This document shows positions 34,954 to 47,812 of a stretch of DNA of 64,000 bases, piece by piece (within the stretch, counting starts at the first letter, position 1; the number at the start of each line of letters is the position of its first letter). The notes under the pieces were generated by a model. The model did no database searches and had not been told where the DNA came from. It was given only the letters and a program-made list of their open reading frames with translations. Location: the NCBI GenBank assembly GCA_032718475.1, contig JAUCBJ010003467.1, forward strand, positions 62,325 through 126,324. Reading direction: 5' to 3'. This DNA comes from Nemertoderma westbladi. Its lineage: Eukaryota; Animalia; Xenacoelomorpha. The translations under genes were made by a program, and so were the position numbers.

Positions 34954-36887
34954 TGCCCTACGTTCTACTTATGTAGGTAGTTGCAATGGACGTTAAGAAT
35001 ATATAATAATATTAATAAATTAACGAAAACACACCGTTCTAAATACTGTCCATTGCGCACATCTGGGGACATTAGTTTTTGTATTGTTTTTCTGCAGACC
35101 ATACGGTATGTAGTTGCAATGGACATTAAGACAATTTTTTATATATTGACGAAAACACACCATTCTAAATACTGTCCCTTACGCACATCTGGGAACATTA
35201 GTTTTTTTAGTGCTGGGAGTATTATAATAGGCCCTACGTATAGTTGCAATGAATGTTACTACTACTACTACTACTAGGTCGAGCGAACTCGGACAGTGGA
35301 AATGAGATCCTTCCAGGCTTCCACAGATCTCGCGGTCAGCCACACACAGTCCAGGTGGTCCCAGCAACAGAGCGCACACAGATCTCGTGGTCAGCCACAC
35401 ACAGTCCCGCCGGTCCCAGCAACAGAGCGCACACAGATCTCGCGGTCAGCCACACAGAGTCCCGGCGGTCCCAACAACAGAGCTCACACAGATCTCGCGG
35501 TCAGCCACACACAGTCCCGGCGGTCCTAGCAATAGAGCGCACACAGATCTCGCGGTCAGCCACACAGAGTCCCGGCGGTCCCAGCAACAGAGCGCACACA
35601 GATCTCGCGGTCAGCCACGCACAGTCCCGGTGGTCCCAGCAACAGAGCGCACACAGATCTCGTGGTCAGCCACACACAGTCCCGGCGGTCCCAGCAACAG
35701 AGCGCACACAGATCTCGCGGTCAGCCACACACAGTCCCGGCGGTCCCAGCAACAGAGCGCACACAGATCTCGCGGTCAGCCACGCACAGTCCCGGTGGTC
35801 CCAGCAACAGAGCGCACACAGATCTCGCGGTCAGCCACACACAGACCCGGCGGTCCCAGCAACAGAGCGCACACAGATCTCGCGTTCAGCCACACACAAC
35901 TGCCCTGTTATAATAAATCTTTACAGTATATATAAATAAATTTGTAATTTGATAAATTTGATTTGAATTTAATTTAATTTGATTTAATAAAAACTGTATA
36001 TGTATGTATTGTGCCCTACGTTCTACTTATGTAGGTAGTTGCAATGGACGTTAAGAATATATAATAAATTAACGAGAACACACCGTTCCAAATACTGTCC
36101 CTTGCGCACATCTGGGGACATTAGTTTTTGTATTGTTTTTCTGCAGACCATACGGTATGTAGTTGCAATGGACATTAAGACAATTTTTTATATATTGACG
36201 AAAACACACCATTCTAAATACTGTCCCTTGCGCACATCTGGGAACATTAGTTTTTTTAGTGCTGGGAGTATTATAATAGGCCCTACGTATAGTTGCAATG
36301 AATGTTACTACTACTACTACTACTAGGTCGAGCGAACTCGGACAGTGGAAATGAGATCCTTCCAGGCTTCCACAGATCTCGCGGTCAGCCACACACAGTC
36401 CTGGCGGTCCCAGCAACAGAGCGAGAGTGCACACAGATCTCGCGGTCAGTCACACACAGACCCGGGGGTCCCATCAACAGAATGCACACAGATCTCGCAG
36501 TCAGCCACACACAGTCCCAGCGGTCCCAGCAACAGAGCGAGAGTGCACACAGATCTCGCGGTCAGTCACACACAGACCCGGCGGTCCCAGCAACAGAACG
36601 CACACAGATCTCGCAGTCAGCCACACACAGTCCCAGCGGTCCCAGCAACAGAACGCACACAGATCTCGCGGTCAGCCACACACAGTCCCGGTGGTCCCAG
36701 CAACAGAGCGCACACAGATCTCGCGGTCAGCCACACACAGACCCGGCGGTCCCAGCAACAGAGCGCACACAGATCTCGCGTTCAGCCACACACAACTGCC
36801 CTGTTATAATAAATCTTTATATATAAATAAATTTGTAATTTGATAAATTTGATTTGAATTTAATTTAATTTGATTTAATAAAAACTG
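34954..36887. repeat. ~1-kb tandem duplication, each copy holding a 55-bp minisatellite array
   Basis: Units 34954-35996 and 36012-36887; cacagatctcgcggtcagccacacacagtcccggcggtcccagcaacagagcgca x10 and x7. Confidence 0.92.
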
Positions 36888-36919
36888 ATTCATGAACAAA
36901 ACAGGTTCATGATTTAATT

Positions 36920-37588
36920 TTGCAACCGCATCCTACAGAACCATTTTCTCATCTACGGACTGCTATGGTTCATCGATTAGCTGCTTCCGAGACAGCGCGC
37001 CTTAAGCAGTTATTGTCAACCGAGGAACTCGGAGATAGGAAGCCCTCTCAAGTGCTACGGCACATGCAACAATTACTGGGGACAGCTACAGTCGAACCCC
37101 AACTAATGCGAAATCTGTTTATCCAGAAGTTGCCTTCCAGTGTCCAAACTATTCTGGCTGTCTGTCCATCCACCACGGATTTAGTCACCCTAGCTGATAT
37201 GGCTGATAAAGTCATAGAAGTGACTCAACCTGAAGTCCACGTAAACCACCTAACGACTAGTACCGGTATTTCTGGTCTACCTCTGGCTGCGGGTCAAACG
37301 GCTGTGGAAAACTCATCTGTTCTACAGGATCTCATAAAAACTGTTAACGAATTGCGCTTGGAAGTGAACGAAATCCGCTGTGGCCATCCAACTGACCGAG
37401 ACAATCCATGTTCGGACAACTACTCAACATCCCGGTGCATGCGTAGCTGTTCCCGTTCCGTTGGTTGGTACAATTCTCAAGGATCGCTGTGCTATTACCA
37501 CTGGAGATACCGTGCTAGAGCGCAGAAGTGTACTAAACCTTGCGAATGGCAGAATCAGAACAACAACCATGGACAGTCGGAAAACTAG
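36920..37588 (+). pseudogene. Gypsy Gag (N-truncated)
   Basis: LLSTEELGDRKPSQVLRHMQQL and a C-X2-H-X9-C-X3-C finger. Confidence 0.85.
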
Positions 37589-40500
37589 CAATCCCGCCGA
37601 ACAACCCGGTGGGTTCGGCGTGGAATATATCCTCCGTATTCTGCATACCCGGAACTCAGAACGGAAAAACTAGTAGTTTTCTTATTGATAGTGGGGCCCA
37701 AATTAGTGCGATTCCCCCAAACTCAACTGAACGCAAATGTCCGGATGTCAACTCAGCATTACGGGCTGCAAATGGAACCACTATCAAGACATACGGCAGA
37801 CGAACTGTAACTATTTCATCATTTGGTAAACTGCGCCGGCGGTACAAGTGGACTTTTATTGTTGCTGATATTCACCAACCAATTTTGGGAGTAGATTTCC
37901 TAGGCCACGCTCAACTCTTAGTTGACTGCACTCACTACTGTATTATTGACAATATCACCAAACTGAAGGCCTTTGGGAAACCCAACGACATCTTACTTCT
38001 ACTTAAACCAATGTTCTTCGAAGTGTCAGTTGATTTACCCACACCTTACAAGGAAATCATAGAGAAATATCCCAATGTTATCAAGGAGTTTAATCCTTCA
38101 AAAACCACTCCCAAACATAATGTGAAACACCATATTAAGACATCGGGTCCACCCACATTTTGCCAGCCGCGACGATTAACGCTGAGTAAACTACAAGTAG
38201 CGAAACACGAATATGACAACTTGTTAGACCTCGGTATAGTCCGCACATCATCCAGTCCATGGGCTTCCCGTTACATATGGTCCCGAAGCAAATTCCAGGA
38301 CAATGGCGGCCCTGCGGTGACTACCACAATTGAAATCTACAAACAGTCCCAGATCGATACCCTTTACCTCACATCACAGACTGTACAGCAAGCCTATCCG
38401 GATCGAAGATATTTAGCAAGATTGATCTAGTCAAGGCCTATAACCAAATCCCCGTAGCAGAGGAAGACATTCCTAAAACTGCAATAACTACACCATTTGG
38501 TCTGTACGAGTTTGTCTGCATGCCTTTTGGGCTCCGGAATGCAGCTCAAACCTTACAGCGTTTCATCAACAATATTATTAATGATATGGATGGAGTTATA
38601 GGCCGCTCAGGTGACTTACTGATCCACTCACTGGACTTAGAAACTCACCTGTCAACATTAGACGAATTACTGAGACGTCTCGACGTACATGGACTCTGTA
38701 TAAACCTCAGCAAGTGTGTCTTTGGCGTTTCTGAGATAGTTTTCTTTGGATATACTATTGATGCTCACGGAATACAACCACCACTGGAGAAAACTGAAGC
38801 CCTTAGAGATTACCCGGCACCACAGTCTAAATCAGCACTTAGACGATTTCTCGGCATGTGTAATTATTATTCACGTTTCGTGTCGCGATACCAAGTTATT
38901 GCTTCCCCCCTCACTGATTTATTGCAGGATAAAAACTCTGATTTTACATGGTCAAGGGAAGCTGATGAAGCCTTTAACTCATTAAAGAATGCACTTATTA
39001 ATGCTACTAAGCTGCGCCACCCTACATTTGATAAAGATGCATCTGTTAAAATATCATTAACCACACTAAATACGGATGCTTCCAATAAAGCAGTCGGCGC
39101 TGTTCTTCACCAATGTTCAGAAACTGGCGATATTGAACCACAACCACTGGCGTTTTTCTCCAAGAAATTGAAACCCAATGAACAACGTTATGGAGCATAT
39201 GATCGTGAAATACTAGCGATAATGTTAGCGATTAAACATTTTAAGCATCAACTAGAGGGCACTGACTTTGTGGTATATACTGACCAAAAACCATTGACCC
39301 ATGCACTGACAGCCAAAGACCCATCACCACGCCAGCAACGCTATCTTTCTTACATTGCAGAATTTACGAGCGACATTCGCTATATAGCGGGTCGGGAGAA
39401 TGTGGTAGCTGATGCCCCTTCTCGGATAGAGATAGACTCGATCAGAAGTGGCTATCCACTGTGTCTTTCAGCGTCACAATTAGCAAACTCACAAGCAGAG
39501 GATACTGAGCTATCAAATCTTATTCACAATCCGATTCCATGTAGTAATATTGTTCTAGAATGGCGGACAATAAACTCGGCAATTCCACTGCTGATATATA
39601 TGGTGATGTGTCAATGGAACAGACTAGACCATACGCATACATACCAACAAAACTCAGAGAGCAAGTGTTTGAGCAGTTGCATGGAATTTCACATTCGGGT
39701 TGTAAAGCCACTCGCAGATTAATATCCGAGCGTTTCATCTGGCCTGGGATGCGAATAGACATTACAGCCTGGTGTAAACAATGTGATATTTGTCAGCAAT
39801 CCAAGATTAGTTGCCATATACATACACCCATATCTACAATTCCAATAAACTCGCGCTTTGAAACCATCCACATTGATTTTGTTGGTCATCTACCATCTTC
39901 AAATAGAAACAGATACATACTCACCATTATTGATAGGTTCACGCGATGGCCAGCCGCTGTTGCCATAGCTACTGCGGACTCCAAAACCTCCTTGTGCTTT
40001 TTATGGGAGCATTGGTTCTCAACATTCAGTCTACCGAAAATTATTATTCACGATCGCGGATCAGCATTTACATCCCGAGAATTTAAAGATGAAATGAAGC
40101 GTCTTGGCATCGAAGATAAACCTACAACAGCCTATCATCCTCAGTGTAATGGGATGGTGGAGCGCTGGCATCGGAGATTAAAAGATGCACTCAAGGCTTA
40201 CATCGGTGAGCATCCCCAGGATTGGTGTTCTGTTTTGCCCATTATATTGCTTCAACTCCGAACTACGATTAGGGATGATACACACAATTCCCCAGCTGAT
40301 CTCACAATTGGCCAACCATTGAGGCTGCCATGTGATATGTTTGAGAAGCACTCAGATTTACCAGCAACATATAGCTTCGGCACGAAGTTACAAACTCATA
40401 TGAGAAACTTACAGAGCTCCAATACTAACTATCGGAACCCTAACCATCCGATTTACATACCGGAGACGATTTACACATCGGATTATGTCTGGTTGCGAAT

Positions 40501-40805
40501 TAACTGTCAAAAAGCCTTTGCAACGCCCTTATATTGGACCTTTCAAAATCTTGGATCGCACCAATAAAACTGTCACCATACTCAAGGGCGATAAACAAGA
40601 TGTCGTATCCTTAGACCGTATTAAACCCGCCATCCTAGGTTCTACAACGTTACACTCCAAGACATGCAACGTAGGGAGTGGGAACGGTGAAGCAAAGCCA
40701 AAACAAACTGAAACTGGAAACACACATAACAACAAGGGCGAAGCAATTCATCCTGCTACAGACTACATTAGTAAGCGAGGCAGACGCGTAAAATTTCGGT
40801 TTTAG
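37540..40805 (+). pseudogene. Gypsy Pol (PR-RT-RH-IN), frameshifted, RT active site degraded
   Basis: Split over ORFs 37540-38430, 38520-39722, 39560-40567 and 40485-40805; the YxDD position reads RSGD. Confidence 0.88.
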
Positions 40806-40968
40806 AATTTATTTGTTTATATATATTGTTAGTAGCTCCGCTAGTAGGTCGGGGAGTGATATAGTGATATGAAAATATGATATTGATATGGAGGGAAATT
40901 TAAAAATATAATTATATATATATCTACATGAATTGATTTTGATTATTATTTTTCTCTTATACCCAAAA

Positions 40969-41510
40969 CACTACAGAGGGGGTGGGGGGAGTAGTCGAAC
41001 AAACCTCGACAGAGTGGAGGATGTAGTCGGACATACCCCGACAGTATGGAGGACTCTATAACCGGACATACCACTACATAGGGGGTGGGGGAGTAGTCGG
41101 ACACACCTCGACAGTGTGGGGGATGTAGTCGGACATACCTCGACAGTGTGGGGGACTGTAGACGGACATACCACTACAGAGGGAGTGGGGGGAGTAGTCG
41201 GACATACCTCGACAGAGTGGAGGATGTAGTCAGACATACCCCGATAGTGTGGAGGACTCTACAGTCGGATATACCACTACAGAGGGGGTGGGGGGTGTGG
41301 TCGGACATACCTCGACAGTGTGGGGGACTGTAGTCGGACATACCTCGACAGTGTGGGGGACTGTAGTCGGACATATCACTACAGTGGGGGCGGGGGAAGT
41401 AGTCGGACACACCTAGACAGTGTGGGTGACTGTAGTCGGACATACCTAGACAGCGGGGGGGGGGTGAGGGGGGGGGGGTGGGGGGAGTAGTCAGACATTC
41501 CTCGAACAAT
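40969..41510. repeat. Complex G-rich minisatellite (core gtagtcggacatacc) with ~200-bp higher-order repeat
   Basis: About 14 cores at 33-41 bp spacing; the block starting at 40969 recurs at ~41171. Confidence 0.85.
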
Positions 41511-42404
41511 AGGGTGTAGGGCATCATTTGTCATGATTGCTAACTGATGTTATCTTCAAAGTTTTCACTAACCTCTGTTCCTAAGCCTTCATCTTCCTCC
41601 CCTGACTCAAGTTCGCTGTCGTTTGAATCCGAGAGATATCTCATTATATATATTTTTGCTAGTTATTTCCATGTTTTTCACCCGGGTGATAAATGTTTTT
41701 CACCCGGGTGATAAATGTTTTTCACCCGGGTGATAAATGTTTCACTTGGGTGATGGAATGGAAATAATTGGCCACAATGAGCCACCGCAGTATATTGCAA
41801 TGTTAATCCTACTATTATTATGTCACAGTTACGGCCACGGTTATTCAAACTCGTGATTAAAATCTGCCATATTTGATTTTGCTTGTCATTTATTTACAGT
41901 AGATAAATTTCCTACAAACTCAATTAGAGAGGAATGCGCTCCTCACACGTCGTACTCAACTCATCAGCCAATTGGATGCTTACATTGGATTCATCTCAGA
42001 ATAATATATAAACCCGCAAATAATATTATTTAACATCAACTAATTATTTCACATTTTAGATTTAAAGATTTTTTATTCAGAATCAGGGTAAAATATTCCT
42101 ACTCACAATAAGACGTAAGTATTATATTAATTATTATATTATTTTAAACTTGTAAGATGAATATGAACCGAGAGGCCGCATTGTCTGCTGACACTACCGG
42201 TAGTTATAATGGGTGTCATATAAAGGCCAACCAAATACCACATTTAATTCTTTCATCACTAAATGTAATATACTTGAATTGTTTAATCTTGTCATTTAGT
42301 TAGTCTTTTAGTTCATCACATAGTTATTTTGTCTTGTCAATGTGTCCAGAAATACATGCCATATTGATAATATTCTAGCCAATAAATGTCATTGGACATT
42401 AACT

Positions 42405-42556
42405 TAAAGGACATTGGCCTTGAAGATGCGGATGATCTAGAAAATGTCATGGGTGATAGGGAGTTGTGGCGGTGCAATTTTGTCGATAAGCCGGCACAGC
42501 ATTCTTAAAAATGCAGCTGCAATGCAGCATGCCGATCCTAGTAGTAGTAGTAGTAG
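42405..42556 (+). mobile_element. RTE-like LINE 3' end with (TAG)n tail
   Basis: LKDIGLEDADDLENVMGDRELWR...HS* followed by tagtagtagtag. Confidence 0.6.
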
Positions 42557-43543
42557 CCAATAAATACATTGACAAAAAATTTCTTGCATATTTGACAAGA
42601 GCAAGAGGATAGTTATTTGAGTGTAGGGATAATAACATGGCATCCCCACAGTCCGCAGACATCAGACATCGCAACTGCGCAGGGAGGGCCTTAATTTATA
42701 TTTAGGAAGCAGCTGTCAAATGAATAAATTAATTTGTTAAGTAATTAAAGAAATTTGTGAATAATGAAGACAAGTCCGGCATCCCATCCATGTAATTATA
42801 ATTCGTCGCTGTTGTTCTATACGGAGTAGCTAATGCGATGCGTCATCCAATCTGGCTCTGCCCATAGTAAACTGAGGCAAATAGTTACCGTCGAATCTAT
42901 GACCCACTTTGTGGAACCTTTTTGACACGTCTTAAAATTGTTAATATAATGTGTGGAACCTTTTTGACACGTCTTAAAATTGTTAATATAATGTGTGGAA
43001 CCTTTGATGCTCTGTAAATGATTAGTATCTGCAAATGATTCCTTATTAATTCTATGAGAAGTGAATATTTAAATGGCTCGGAATTGTGGTCTGTGCTCGT
43101 CGTCTCCTCAATAAGAGGCGACGACGTTTGTTTTATTGAAGCAGGTATCCCCCGAATATCTAATCCAATAAATCCATCTCTCAGAGAGCGAAATGTAGTC
43201 CAGTCCTATAATCTGAAAAATTAAAATGCCAGATAAACATACTATATACTATAAACCAGATACTATAAAGGGATCGTGAAAATGTGACAAAATATGAATT
43301 ACCATGGATTCACTTTAGACAGACCACTTTCAACTACATAATATTCTCAGACACCCTAATGGGACTTGGCTTAATCTTCAGACCTGCTCATAAATCCTTT
43401 TCTTGGAACGAAACACAGTTTTGACACCCAACTCCCTAATACCAAACCGAGTCTCAGCACCAGTCTCGTTGAGTGGGCCACCGGGCTTATTAAAATTCAT
43501 ATATTCATGTCGCAGTACACAAGATTTACCTAAAGGCACCCTG

Positions 43544-44147
43544 AGGCACCAGGTACTATGGTAGTATTAACCGCCTAGGCAACGGGAACTACCCTCAGGC
43601 ACCAGATACTTCGGTAATATTAACCGCCTAGGCAACGGGAACTACACTCAGGCACCAGGTACTACGGTAGTATTAACCGCCTAGGCAACGGGAACTACCC
43701 TCAGGCACCAGGTACTACGGTAGTATTAACCGCCTAGGCAACGGGAACTACCCTCAGGCACCAGGTACTACGGTAGTATTAACCACCTAGGCAACGGGAA
43801 CAACCCTCAGGCACCAGGTACTACGGTAGTATTAACCGCCTAGGCAACGGGAAAAACCCTCAGGCACCAGGTACTACGGTAGTATTAACCGCCTAGGCAA
43901 CGGGAACTACCCTCAGGCACCAGGTACTACGGTAGTATTAACCGCCTAGGCAACGGGAACTACCCTCAGGCACCAGGTACTTCGATAGTATTAACCGCCT
44001 AGGCAACGGGAACTACCCTCAGGCACTAGGTACTACGGTAGTATTAACCGCCTAGGCAACGGGAACTACCCTCAGGCAACAGGTACTCCGGTAGTATTAA
44101 CCGCCTAGGCAACGGGAACTACCCTCAGGCACCAGGTACTTCGATAG
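43544..44147. repeat. 53-bp minisatellite, 11 full copies
   Basis: aggcaccaggtactacggtagtattaaccgcctaggcaacgggaactaccctc at period 53. Confidence 0.95.
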
Positions 44148-44149
44148 TA

Positions 44150-44414
44150 CAGCAGGCCCTCGTATTGAGTGAGTAGTTCTAGGCACCAGGTACTAAACCT
44201 GGTGTCGAAATTGTTGCTTATATACTCTTGATGATATTAGCCAATGGGAGGTCTTCACAATATCCAGGCCAGCCAGAATATTAAGCCTGTGCTTGCAGAA
44301 TTAGTTCCCCAGTCTTGAGTCTGCTACTACTATAGTAAGCAACAATTTCGATACCATGTTTAGTACCTGGTGCCTAGCAGCCTAGAGCTACTCACTTAAT
44401 ACTAGGACCTGCTG
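44150..44414. mobile_element. Small foldback/MITE
   Basis: cagcagg...ctaggcaccaggtactaaac.tggt.tcgaaattgttgctta versus its reverse complement at ~44335-44414. Confidence 0.65.
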
Positions 44415-45732
44415 GCCTGGCTATACCTTGCAGTAGCAGAAATACTAGGATGTGAAAGTGTAATTAGGATAGGCCTATATATATTTATAAGTAACATTAC
44501 AATTTATTATTAACATCACATTACATTCATGCACTTTAAGTAATAACAATAACTAATAATAGGTGAGGATGCCTGCCACAAGCATACTACACTAGCAACC
44601 ACAACAATTTCATTTATTTGTGAGATATTTGTGCTACATACTAGGGCCTACGTGCTATCTAGATAGTGCTAGATACTACAATTTGTTTTTATCCCATTAA
44701 CCACTCACTGAGTGACTTATATAAAATATATAACGGTAAAAAAAACTAGCCAAGCACAATCATATTGATTGTTTAAGTTCGACAATGCGAAAAGGTATAC
44801 ACTATATCTTTACCATTTATTTGAGAAATATATTGATATATCCCTAGCAGCACTGCCATGTATAAACAAAAATAATAAAGATCTTTTTTGAGATATTTCA
44901 AAGTAAAAATCATTTTTATGCCGATTAACAAATATGACATAGTTAAACACATGCAAAGAGATAGTCGCAAATATTGTTAACATTCAACAATGTATGTTGC
45001 GATTTATCGCAACGTTTCGCGATGCTTCGAGAAACATTGTGATGTTTCGCAGAACCGTCGATTGACCAAAACAAAAACGCCCTTTAGCCCTTACATTGTA
45101 ACCTAAAAATAGGCAATGTGTACTGATACGGGATGCAGTTTTGATTTAAATACCGATATACAGTATGGGTACACTTGGAGTTGTACTAAAGTCCAATATT
45201 GGACTTTGGAGTCTAAAATTGGACTTTAAGTCTAAAATTTGACTTGAAGTCCAATATTTGACTTCTCACCGACTGCTGAAAGACTGCTGCAGATGACAGG
45301 ACTGCAGGATGACATCCGCCAAATCTCGAATTGTAATTGTAATTGTAAAAACTCACCATTTATTATTGCACATTCAGACATTACCGGTACAGCATTAGGC
45401 CTATTAAAACTTATACCAAGGCCTACAGTATAAACAGCACTGGCAATTACTTACAGTGCAGTTAGGCAGTAGGCAGTAGGTAGCCTAGCCCTAGACAGCT
45501 AGAAGTAGTCCTATAGGTAGTGCGGTAGTGCTTTAGTGCGGTTGTCTGGTACTGCAGTACAGCAGTAGCAGTACTGGCAGGGCGGTACTGGCAGACTGCT
45601 GGACTGGGGAATTTCCGGTTTGGGGGGCACTGAAACGCTAAAAAACGCATGCATCTAAAACCACGAAAACACTTGTCTGGTGAGAAAACACTTGGAAAAT
45701 TTTTCTCATATTCACTTCTGCATTGTCTATAT

Positions 45733-46188
45733 CAGTCAGGAACACTGGTCACTGGTCACACACAATATGTCCAATTTACAGCCAGAATGTCAGAATGTGT
45801 CCGCGGAAAACGCTCTCAGAGTGAAATTTCTCCATAGAAAACAATGCTAAATTTCATTTGAAAATCGGCAGTGAAATTTTAACATTGGCATTCTAAAAAT
45901 TATGCCATTAGAATCTGGAATCACCATAAAATTATGTATAAATTAATTTGAGAATTAGAATCTCATGGTTGGGATAACTATCACTGTATCATAATATTAA
46001 AAATAAAAATGTGCCCAGCTTCTGCTTTGAGTACTAGTCTGCTAGTGGAGTTACAGCCAAAATATGTCCGGAAATATAATCGCAGCCTGTGAAGGACAAA
46101 TAGTGGCTGCACGGACACTTTCTGGCTGTGAATATGTGGACAATTTTTGGCTGGGCTTCAGCCAGAAAGTGACCAGTTTTCCTAACTG
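45733..46188. mobile_element. Tc1/mariner-like MITE inserted in a TA run of a dispersed repeat
   Basis: cagtcaggaacactggtcact ... agtgaccagttttcctaactg. The flanks rejoin into the repeat also seen at 6310-6505 (inverted) and partly at 49790 and 51775. Confidence 0.6.
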
Positions 46189-46359
46189 TATATACACCCA
46201 TATATGAAAAGACTGATATTTTTCTCAAATTCCCCGGTTTCCTCGTGAAAATACCGGGAAAAAATACGATACGGGAGATTTTTTTCACAATCTTTCAGTC
46301 TTTAGCCTATTCAAAATTTTTTTCGAATATTCATTAATAATAGGCCTAATACTGTACGG

Positions 46360-46650
46360 TAATAATAATAATAATAGGCAGATAGGCCTAACACCAAATT
46401 TATATAGCGCACTATCTATAAATAAATAGGTCTAATGCTCATTTACACATAGATTACATAATATTAGTTCGGAAAAGCCTTAAGAAAATAATGTGACTTA
46501 AGCATAGTTTTGAAAGAAGCTAGACTGCTCGTAATCCTGATTTCCAATGGTAGGTCATTAAAGATTCTCGGTGCAGCCGCCGAATAAGATCTATCGCCAA
46601 ATGTTTTATAGTTGGTTGATGGTACTACGACTACCAAAGTTGAGTTATAC
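46360..46650 (-). mobile_element. L2/CR1-type LINE 3' fragment
   Basis: GDRSYSAAAPRIFNDLPLEIR...FKTMLKSHYF*, followed by gcgctatataaat and an (ATT)n tail. Confidence 0.7.
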
Positions 46651-46895
46651 TGCGATCCTGTCCAGCCGCATAGCCAGGAATTTCCCATGGTAGGGTCCCA
46701 GACCCCAAATTGTAATTCATATTTATAGTAGTTGTGGGTGTGGGGGAAGAGCCCCCCCCCCCCCCCAGCGTAGTCCAGGTGTGATTGTTTGGAATTTTAA
46801 CAAAATGCCCGCCACACGTGATGTGTAATGTTTAGTAGGGTATGCAGCAAACTTCGCCCGCAGATAATCTTCTCCCGCGAGCAACCATCGCCAAC

Positions 46896-47812
46896 CCAGG
46901 TTGGAATTCATGCTGCAAAACTCGGACGCGTACCTGCGCGAATGACCGCAAACCAGATGCGCGTTGCGCGTTTGGGTGAGACAGGTGCGCGTTCGGGTGT
47001 GAGACAGGTGCGCGTTGCGCCTCAGCGCGCAGCTCTGCCTCTGATGCGCACCACAAATTAATTGAAATCACGAAAATACACAAAAAAATTTCGCTCGCTG
47101 CGCTCGCATTAGTTTCTCATTTACAATTCTTCAAACAGTCAAATCACTTCACCATAATACTGTAATGTAATACCGGCAACCGGAGCTGAATTTATCTATT
47201 TATTTAACTACAGTACTCTATTGTTGTATTGTTATTAGGTCTTCTATGCTATGCCGATGTTACGTTAGTAAACAGGTAAAGTCAGAAAGTAACAATGTAT
47301 TATAAGTATGACTTAATTATAAGCCAACTGTATGTTTAAGCCTAATTGTTAGGTAGGCCTATACAACAGTACAAAGTATTATTGGCAGACTGGTACCTAT
47401 TTCAATATTCGTTTTTTTGAAATTACCGGTACATGTTTTGTTTGTAATCTAAAATAATATTTTCTGTTATAAAAGCAGTGAGCCCGATGGGCCACCATAG
47501 TAGTGGATTAAAAAAATATTTTTTAATATTAACAATTTTGATGTTGCAAAAATTACATTTATTATGTAAGCCTAGATTCAGCGTACAGACAGACAGACGT
47601 AAAGATAAGCTTAAAACGCTCAAACTTGTAAAATAGGAATGTAAAATTGTTCTTATGAACTGTGCGATTTTTTGAGATATGCATGACATGAGCTGCGCGA
47701 TTTTGTTTGGATTATGACATATGATGAGGTGCGCGACGAGCCAATTTCAGGTGCGCGGTGATTTCAAAACAACAAAGCGTACCTGCGCGCTCATGCATGA
47801 ATTCCAACCTGG
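46896..47812. mobile_element. hAT-type MITE with 8-bp TSD
   Basis: tcgccaac|CCAGGTTGGAATTCATGC...GCATGAATTCCAACCTGG|tcgccaac. Confidence 0.88.

Larger units (their letters stand above)
36890..40856 (+). mobile_element. 5'-truncated, decayed Gypsy element of the CsRn1/Kabuki type
   Basis: Gag ELGDRKPSQ and CHCC finger CYYHWRYRARAQKCTKPC; GGAAAAC at the gag stop; protease LIDSGA; [13 protein letters not shown]; RNase H TDAS; integrase HHCC/DDE; GPF motif; PPT ending 40856. Several frameshifts. Confidence 0.9.

Noticed and set aside
35253-36843. Many overlapping ORFs in all three frames
   Set aside because: Artefact of a stop-free 55-bp tandem repeat.
34954-36887. LTR pair of the Gypsy element
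   Set aside because: The copies are adjacent, both lie upstream of a truncated gag, there is no PBS, and neither matches the sequence after the PPT at 40857.
40971-41527. CRISPR-like repeat/spacer look and short ORFs
   Set aside because: The spacers are themselves related repeats, there are no cas genes, and the context is eukaryotic.
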